The notes under the pieces: model-generated | The model's input: only the letters and a program-made list of their open reading frames with translations | The model's database searches: none | Told to the model about the DNA's origin: nothing | Shown here: positions 57,719-64,000 of the stretch, piece by piece | How the letters are laid out: each line of letters opens with the position of its first letter | Position numbering within the stretch: position 1 is the first letter of the stretch | From: Candidatus Harrisonbacteria bacterium | GTDB lineage: Bacteria; Patescibacteriota; Minisyncoccia; UBA6257; 1-14-0-10-44-23 | Assembly (NCBI GenBank): GCA_023255625.1 | Contig: JAHFLF010000001.1 | Location: forward strand, 94,255 to 158,254 | Length of the DNA stretch: 64,000 bases | Direction of reading: 5' to 3' | Translations under genes and position numbers: made by a program

Positions 57719-58438
57719 ATGCTATCATATCAATATACATATCTCATCGGGGATTTTTTAATATTTTTTCCGGTCTGGTTACTGCTGCTTGTCCATAGAA
57801 AGGATTTGTGGAAAATAATTTTCTTGGCTGGCCTTGTTTTCGGCCTCGTTTCTTTTCTCGCAGAACCTCTTTTTTTGAGAGATTACTGGCATCCCGGCTA
57901 TCTCAAACCGCTTTTTGTTGGAGGATATCAAATCGGATCACTTGAAGATTTTTTGTATGGATTTTTAAAAGGCGGAATAGCGAGCGTCATCTACGAAGAG
58001 ATCTTCGGTAAATTTCTCGCAAAACGAAAAAATAGAAAGCATCACTGGGTTTGGTTTTTGGCACCATTTTATATGGGAGGCGTGGCACTCTTTATCGTGC
58101 CCATCTACCTCTTGAACCTTAACTCGCTATACGCGGCGCTGCTCGCATCACTCTTTTGTTTTAGTTTTTATGTATGGCTCCGCAAAGACCTACTGTTTGA
58201 TTCTCTCATGAGCGGGATTCTAGTCGGCGCCCTATCCATTGTAGGCCTCTGGATACTTACTCTCATATTTCCTGAAATGTTCCACTTGTACTGGAAATTA
58301 CACAATTTAAGCGGCATATTCGTCGCCGGAGTACCCGTTGAGGAGCTATTGGAATCCTTCGCGGTTGGCATGATCGGCGGTCCATTCTATGAATTTTTCA
58401 TGGGGAGACGATTCCTAAAAACACAAAAAAACGGCTAA
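57719..58438 (+). CDS. lycopene-cyclase-domain-like membrane protein
   Basis: Duplicated W...G..(P)xE[DE] units. Confidence 0.62.
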   Translation: MLSYQYTYLIGDFLIFFPVWLLLLVHRKDLWKIIFLAGLVFGLVSFLAEPLFLRDYWHPGYLKPLFVGGYQIGSLEDFLYGFLKGGIASVIYEEIFGKFLAKRKNRKHHWVWFLAPFYMGGVALFIVPIYLLNLNSLYAALLASLFCFSFYVWLRKDLLFDSLMSGILVGALSIVGLWILTLIFPEMFHLYWKLHNLSGIFVAGVPVEELLESFAVGMIGGPFYEFFMGRRFLKTQKNG

Positions 58439-58455
58439 GCCGTTTTTTTGTGTTT
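58418..58455. terminator. bidirectional terminator
   Basis: AAACACAAAAAAACGGC-TAA-GCCGTTTTTTTGTGTTT. Confidence 0.8.
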
Positions 58456-58456
58456 G

Positions 58457-58528
58457 TGCTCTCGCTAGGAATCGAACCTAGATTTGCCACTTCGCAGGCG
58501 GCTGTCCTATCCATTGAACGACAAGAGC
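58457..58528 (-). tRNA. tRNA-Arg(GCG)
   Basis: GCCGC-CT-GCG-AA-GTGGC; GGTTCGATTCC. Confidence 0.9.
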
Positions 58529-58748
58529 ATACTATTTAATTATCCACTCCGACGCTCGTTACTACGAGGTCGGAGAGCCGGCTTACTGCGTCGGCTTTGA
58601 ACGACAAGAGCATTGCTTTCGGTGCATAGAGCATATCTAAAAATACCAGAAAAGACAACCTGCAAATAATGTATTACTGCCTAGACACCTTAACTCTCTA
58701 ATTTAAACTCGGGAATTTCAGTTGGCCATTTATCACCGTAGGTATATC

Positions 58749-59165
58749 CTATCGTTTAACTTCCGTAAGCTCAAAGGTTTCATGATCTTTTTCAAATTTG
58801 ATGCGAAAATTCTCAAAGAAAACTTCCTGGCCCAATAGAATATTCACATTTTCACTATCAACATACCATGCGGGAACCGTTATTGATTCCTTCAAATCTT
58901 TAATCTTGAAAGTGAATTGACCACAATAGACGGAGACCTTGCCGCTACCGATGCCCATGATTTCTTTTTTCTCTTCAAGTTTAATGCCAAGCGCCTTGGC
59001 GTATTCAATATTGAGTGTTGTTGTGTCAGCGCCAGAATCAATAATCGCAGGAACTTCTCCATAGGTTCCGTCCGCGAACTTAAGCTCCAAGCCGAGAATG
59101 GGCCGTTTGACAATCCTTTTTCTTGAATCAAAAACTCCGATGGCAGGCGAATAACGAAATTTCAT
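58749..59165 (-). CDS. retropepsin-like aspartyl protease
   Basis: AIIDSGADTT, ILLGQ. Confidence 0.85.
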   Translation of the reverse strand: MKFRYSPAIGVFDSRKRIVKRPILGLELKFADGTYGEVPAIIDSGADTTTLNIEYAKALGIKLEEKKEIMGIGSGKVSVYCGQFTFKIKDLKESITVPAWYVDSENVNILLGQEVFFENFRIKFEKDHETFELTEVKR

Positions 59166-59375
59166 TTAAAAAAATACATTTGGGGCGTAGCCGAGCTGCG
59201 GAAGCACCTTAATAACCACTTTGTTTTCCTTATCAGCCGTTTTCTTAAGCAACTCGGAAAGACTTTCGCCAATGGCAATAATTTTCTGATAATCTGAAGT
59301 AAGCGCAACCCATTTATTAATGTGCACTTTTGTGATAACGGCTGCTGACCATGCTTTTACAATCTTTTCATCCAT
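59166..59375 (-). CDS. small DUF5678-like partner protein
   Basis: KWVAL...IIAIG, directly upstream of the protease. Confidence 0.65.
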   Translation of the reverse strand: MDEKIVKAWSAAVITKVHINKWVALTSDYQKIIAIGESLSELLKKTADKENKVVIKVLPQLGYAPNVFF

Positions 59376-59457
59376 TTTTATATTATACACTTGTTAAATC
59401 AACAGAGCAAGATTCCGGCCGATTATCTCTACTCCCTACTTCTACTGAATTCTTTTT

Positions 59458-59910
59458 TCAGAGCCCCATCCGACGCATGATTATCTCGCCTAATCCCTCG
59501 TTGTAATCAAAAGGTCTCAAGTAATGAGACAAGAAGGCGTCTGCTTTTGCGGCGAGCGGACGCGGCAACAACAGACGAACAAAGGTAGAAATTTTTTCCC
59601 GCGGCCGCAAAATCAACTCAACATACTCCGCATTAATTTCGATAATTGAATAAGCGTTCAAATTATTAAAAAAATACCGCGGCTGATCGTCTACCTTAAC
59701 GCCCTCTTCGGTAAGTTCATAAGTATAACTAACCGGCTGCGCCCGCCCCATAAATAAAATCAGGAGCTCGCCGATAATCACAAACAGGGCGAATAAAATA
59801 TTTTTTTGAAAAAGCGCAAAAATTACTAAAATGCCGGCAATCGCTATGCTCGCGAGATGCCAGCCGGCGCTGCGTTCACTATGCGCAAATTCAGGAGCGG
59901 TCCATTGCAT
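59458..59910 (-). CDS. membrane-anchored hypothetical protein
   Basis: WTAPEF...W followed by two TMs. Confidence 0.7.
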   Translation of the reverse strand: MQWTAPEFAHSERSAGWHLASIAIAGILVIFALFQKNILFALFVIIGELLILFMGRAQPVSYTYELTEEGVKVDDQPRYFFNNLNAYSIIEINAEYVELILRPREKISTFVRLLLPRPLAAKADAFLSHYLRPFDYNEGLGEIIMRRMGL

Positions 59911-59961
59911 CAGTACAGTATACAGCTAGCGGACAGCGCCGACCAGATGTATGATATCTCT

Positions 59962-61122
59962 ATGAAATGCTACTACTGCGGCAACAATCCAGTCCCGCAT
60001 CAATTCGTTAAAGCCAACGAGACAATGGCGCTGCTTCTTGAACCGTTGGATAGATTCAGCCAATGGATTGGACTGCATAAACTACTGGATCCGATTTTTT
60101 ACAAAGCCACGCCTTTGGGCGTAAAAATTTTAGAAAACCTGGGCATTGTCCGGTTTACTCAAGATATCTCCCAGGTGCGCACTACCCGCTCTAAAGTCAT
60201 CTGGACGGAGGCGGCGCGGCGCGGAATCACTATGGAGCAGATGCATATTCTTGGTCGGGCGACTGATTTTTTCCGTGCCATCATAAATGGCAAAATAATC
60301 TATTTTGAAAGTTTGCCAATCCCCCGTCATCTGAATCTCGAATCAGAACAATGGCTGGATAACAAAATGCAACTCAAAAAACGATTGCTCGAGGCCGGAC
60401 TGCCCGCGCCGCGTGGTGGCGGCTTTAAAAAATGGCCAGAGATGAAGCGCGCTTTTTCAATGCTCAAAAGGCCGGTGATTATCAAGCCGGCGATTGGTTC
60501 GCGCGGCCGTCATACGACTACCAACATTCATACTGAAAAGCAATTGAAAGAGGCCTATCGAGCGGCTAAACAGATTGCAGAACGGCTGGTTATGGAGGAG
60601 CACCTGATTGGCAGCGTCTACCGAGCCACAATTGTTAATGACAAGCTCGTCGGCGTTTTACGCGGCGACCCGCCACGCGTCACCGGTGATGGCATAAGTA
60701 CGATTACCGAACTTGTTCAGTTAAAAAATAAAAATAAGCACGCGGATGTGCACGAGGTTGAAATCACGCCTTATATTGAAAACTTTCTGTCTAGAAACAA
60801 TTACACGACGGAGACAATTTTACCAAAAGGACAGACAATTGATCTGATGGAAAAAATCGGCGTTGGCTACGGCGGTTACAAGGCCGAGGAAATCGAGATA
60901 ACCCATCCGGAAACAAAACGCATTTTAGAAGAGGTCGGCCGGCTCGTGAATTTCCCGGTCATGGGTTTTGATTTTATTGTTCAAGATATTACTAAAGATC
61001 CGCACACGCAAAACTGGGGAATCATCGAATGCAATTCCCTGCCCTTCATTGACCTACATCACTTCCCGCTGGAGGGCCAGCCCGTCAATGTCGCAGGATA
61101 TGTTTGGGATTTGTGGAAGTAG
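59962..61122 (+). CDS. ATP-grasp ligase (cyanophycin synthetase/GshAB-like domain)
   Basis: VIIKP..GSRG, VTGDGISTI, GFDF, IIECNSLP. Confidence 0.8.
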   Translation: MKCYYCGNNPVPHQFVKANETMALLLEPLDRFSQWIGLHKLLDPIFYKATPLGVKILENLGIVRFTQDISQVRTTRSKVIWTEAARRGITMEQMHILGRATDFFRAIINGKIIYFESLPIPRHLNLESEQWLDNKMQLKKRLLEAGLPAPRGGGFKKWPEMKRAFSMLKRPVIIKPAIGSRGRHTTTNIHTEKQLKEAYRAAKQIAERLVMEEHLIGSVYRATIVNDKLVGVLRGDPPRVTGDGISTITELVQLKNKNKHADVHEVEITPYIENFLSRNNYTTETILPKGQTIDLMEKIGVGYGGYKAEEIEITHPETKRILEEVGRLVNFPVMGFDFIVQDITKDPHTQNWGIIECNSLPFIDLHHFPLEGQPVNVAGYVWDLWK

Positions 61123-61126
61123 ACTC

Positions 61127-61240
61127 GCGTTATTCCGTCCTGCCCAGACGGGGCCGGCATATTTTTCTGCTGAAAAATTGCCTCTGGTCTCGCTCCGCCG
61201 AGCTGCGACACGCCCCGCTTAGGGCAGGACAGAATAACGC
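61127..61240 (-). repeat. Y-shaped palindromic element (reverse orientation)
   Basis: Core GGCAATTTTTCAGCAGAAAAATATGCC identical to the 38403 copy; unique arms. Confidence 0.82.
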
Positions 61241-61434
61241 TCGCAAGAGAATCGTGACTCGTGCGTAGCACGAGTCACGAAGAAGTACGCTAAATAAAAA
61301 TCCCGCGTTCAGCTGATAACGCAGGATTTTAAAGAGGATCGTCTCTCGGATACCGAGTTTAATGACCCTTCAAGTGGCCTGTTTTCATATACAGAAAGTA
61401 TAACACAACCGCTGACGCCCTGTGGATAAAAAAT

Positions 61435-63006
61435 TTAAAAATCAATTAGCTCTAGTTTCTTAAGTCGCGAACGAATCGAACCGCTATTCCGGCCAAACAA
61501 CTCGCAAAGTTCTTGAATGGTTGCGCCGGATTTATATTGTAGTCGCAGAGAATCGTCATCTTCATTTTTCCACGGCTCGTAAGCATTTGGAGATTTCTCT
61601 CTCTTTTTGGCCAGCCACTCGCTTTTTTCGGTTTTGGATTTCCGGTTCGCCGTACTCGGCGAACCGGCGGGCTGCTTCTTAATTTTCCCGCCACAAGCAA
61701 CAAGAAAATCCTCCTGTAGCTTGAGTCGCTCATCGCGCGAACTATATTCCAAACCGCTGGCCGCCGCCGCTGACCTTTGATGAAACTCTTCATCGCGCGA
61801 AAGCACCTCCGGATGCACTTGGAGCGCCCGCTCGTTAAATCCTAACAAATGCAGTCCGGACAGCCGCCGCACTCGCGAGAGCGCCACATATCCCTGGCCA
61901 AACTCAAAGCAACTGGACAGGTCAATCACAGCGGCGTCCATGCTCATCCCCTGGCTCTTATGAATTGTCATTGCCCAGGCGAGCCGCAGAGGAATTTGGC
62001 TAATGCTGGCGCGAACCTTACCCTCCTCTTCAATGTCCCACTCCATCGGCGCAACAATAATTTTTTGACCATTTATAGTCGTAATCATCGGCTGACCATT
62101 ATCTGGAGAAAAACCACTGACCACGCCCAGAGTCCCATTCATAAAACCCAGTTCGCTATTATTTTTAGTGCACATCACCGAAGCGCCAATCTTTAAAATC
62201 AGCCGTTCCGGCGACAGACAGCCGCGCTTCAATGCTTCAACAAACTTATCCGGCCCGCTGCTTTGCATTAAAAATTCTCTTTCGCCGCCCGTCAGCTTAC
62301 GTAACTCGCGCGTATTAATTGTATCTACATCAGCATTGTGCGGAAACAAACGCGGCAGCTCGGCGATAACCTGTTCGTGCCGACCAACGCGACCCTGCAA
62401 ATACCGGCGGTGTTCTTCTGTATAATCACCTGATCGAACCGCAGAGAGCATTGATAAGAAATCCTGGTCGTCCTGCCGGTGCTGCTCGGTCAGATAACAA
62501 ACTGTTGGTGCGAGCTCCTGCCAGACATCAGACTCAAAGCAAAATCGGGAGTCACTCTCTTCGCCCCGCGAGACAGGCGGCAGCTGAAAAAAATCACCGA
62601 CTAAGACGACCTGCAATCCGCCAAATGGCCGCGCAATATTCCGCACCTTCCGGCATACCGAATCTACCAAATCTAAAGTCCGGGCTGAAAGCATCGAAAC
62701 CTCGTCAATAATTAAAACGCTTGCTTTTAGAAGCCGCCGATTAATAAACCTGTTGTGCGCCATTTTCTCAAAATCATCTTTCGTCAAAACCTGCTTAATC
62801 CCAATTCCGCTCCAGGAATGAATCGTCATCCCGTGGATATGCGTCGCCGCAATACCGGTTGAGGCGGTAATCGCCGGCTCAATCTGATGATCGCGTAAAT
62901 ACTGCACATACAAATTGACTGTATGTGTTTTACCTGCGCCCGGTTCGCCGGTCAAAAAAACCGACTCCCCTGTTTTTAAAATATCTAGTGCCTGCTCCTG
63001 CGTCAT
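61435..63006 (-). CDS. PIF1/RecD-like SF1B helicase
   Basis: GEPGAGKT, DEVSM, GDFFQLPPV, TIHKSQG, YVALSR. Confidence 0.92.
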   Translation of the reverse strand: MTQEQALDILKTGESVFLTGEPGAGKTHTVNLYVQYLRDHQIEPAITASTGIAATHIHGMTIHSWSGIGIKQVLTKDDFEKMAHNRFINRRLLKASVLIIDEVSMLSARTLDLVDSVCRKVRNIARPFGGLQVVLVGDFFQLPPVSRGEESDSRFCFESDVWQELAPTVCYLTEQHRQDDQDFLSMLSAVRSGDYTEEHRRYLQGRVGRHEQVIAELPRLFPHNADVDTINTRELRKLTGGEREFLMQSSGPDKFVEALKRGCLSPERLILKIGASVMCTKNNSELGFMNGTLGVVSGFSPDNGQPMITTINGQKIIVAPMEWDIEEEGKVRASISQIPLRLAWAMTIHKSQGMSMDAAVIDLSSCFEFGQGYVALSRVRRLSGLHLLGFNERALQVHPEVLSRDEEFHQRSAAAASGLEYSSRDERLKLQEDFLVACGGKIKKQPAGSPSTANRKSKTEKSEWLAKKREKSPNAYEPWKNEDDDSLRLQYKSGATIQELCELFGRNSGSIRSRLKKLELIDF

Positions 63007-63107
63007 GGCTTACAGTATATCCTACCCGATACCCGCTCTACAAAATCTGCCAGAAAATCAAAACACGCCGCAAGCTCGCGGCGTGTTTTGATTTGATACA
63101 TTTCCGA

Positions 63108-63317
63108 CTAAGCAGTTGCGGCTACGCGAGAAACATTGACAGCGGCCGGGCCTTTTTCGCCCTGAACCACTTCAAAAGTTACGGCATCGCCGGCCTTGAG
63201 CTCATCGAAAGTGACTCCGACCAAATCCTTCGAGTGGAAGAAAAGATCCTTTGGATCACCTTCGCGGGAAATAAAACCAAATCCCCGAGGAGTAATAGTC
63301 TTGATTGTTCCGTTCAT
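63108..63317 (-). CDS. cold-shock protein
   Basis: RGFGFI, LFFH. Confidence 0.95.
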   Translation of the reverse strand: MNGTIKTITPRGFGFISREGDPKDLFFHSKDLVGVTFDELKAGDAVTFEVVQGEKGPAAVNVSRVAATA

Positions 63318-63492
63318 ATGATGTTGTGTGTGTTTTACAATGTGAGAAACTCGACGCCTGTTCCTGTGTCTATGTGACTTAAAAATTATAGAGTATCATA
63401 AAACATTTGTCAAATAACTACGCCGCCGGTTCAACAAGTAAGTGCAATATGTTGCCTCCGTGGGCGCTATTCGAACTAGTTCGGCCGCCCCG

Positions 63493-64000
63493 TTATCGTG
63501 TTTCCTTCTGCGTCGTTATCTGCTCAACGCGCGTGCGGGTCGCTGTATCGAAATATCCGCTCACCGGCCGGATACTCGCCGCGGCTTGAAAGCGAGTGAG
63601 GGCCTGCTTGGTTAGTGGGCCGAAGTAGCCGGTAAATAATCCTCGCGGATAGTAGCCTTGTGTACCCAGGAATATTTGCAATGAAAGAACATCGGCTCCT
63701 TCTGAACCAATATTTAAGTTTCGATAGAATGAGGATTTTTGAACAATCTGGCGTGTCTTTGAAATTGCCTGGAGTTTGGTCCTTGTAACCGCATCGGCAC
63801 TGCCGGTTATCGGAAGGCCGTGCTTGACCTGAAAACGAGTGATTGCTTTTTGAGTGAGTCCTCCGAAATAGCCGGTTATGAGTTGCTCCGGATAGACTGC
63901 AGGATTTTGTGCGAGCAGGAGTTGGATATGGCGCACCTCGCGTCCGGTCGTCCCGACTGCACTATCGCTTGCTAACACATAGTGCGGAGCTCGTTGCAGG
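63493..64000 (-). CDS. peptidoglycan-binding-domain protein (C-terminal part)
   Basis: Two repeats TGYFG.LT..A..RFQ; frame open to the window end. Confidence 0.85.
   Translation of the reverse strand, partial: LQRAPHYVLASDSAVGTTGREVRHIQLLLAQNPAVYPEQLITGYFGGLTQKAITRFQVKHGLPITGSADAVTRTKLQAISKTRQIVQKSSFYRNLNIGSEGADVLSLQIFLGTQGYYPRGLFTGYFGPLTKQALTRFQAAASIRPVSGYFDTATRTRVEQITTQKETR

Noticed and set aside
61335-61410. 9-aa ORF (MKTGHLKGH) after an extended -10-like motif on the minus strand
   Set aside because: Too short, with no second copy or other support.
6828-61429. DnaA-box-like 9-mers (6828, 53172, 61421) as an origin
   Set aside because: Isolated single boxes with no cluster and no dnaA/dnaN nearby.
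1469-64000. TGA recoding (genetic code 25)
   Set aside because: murF, rsmH and ftsL end at TGA at expected lengths, and long genes are uninterrupted under code 11.

Overview
Window from a Patescibacteria (CPR, Parcubacteria-like) chromosome using genetic code 11. The backbone is housekeeping: murF-ftsI-ftsL-rsmH-mraZ, rplJL, trmD-khpA-rpsP, a short SMC, rnc-nusB-rpmF, dnaE, thrS, gyrA, a VirB2/TrbC-like pilin cluster, a Xer recombinase, rmuC, gpmI, rny, HU, a PIF1-like helicase and a cold-shock protein, plus five intact tRNAs. Several layers are not explained by the gene list. (1) About eight self-contained orphan-gene cassettes, most with a sigma70-like promoter, a structured leader, a strong GGAGG Shine-Dalgarno and a GC-rich 3' hairpin; three leaders carry a boxA-like motif followed by a 21-25 bp stem. 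The core genes inspected lack SD motifs. (2) A three-copy, G-U-rich hairpin-plus-terminator RNA motif at 22.6-25.5 kb. (3) An intact tRNA-Val nested inside the anticodon loop of a split tRNA-Val. (4) Several palindromic repeat families: a Y-shaped element with copy-specific arms, REP-like hairpins inserted in frame in SMC and RsmH, and repeats bracketing GIY-YIG and PaaX/Cas2-like genes. (5) A lipoprotein-like gene frameshifted at a poly-C tract. All calls come from reading the sequence by eye; no searches or folding programs were run.
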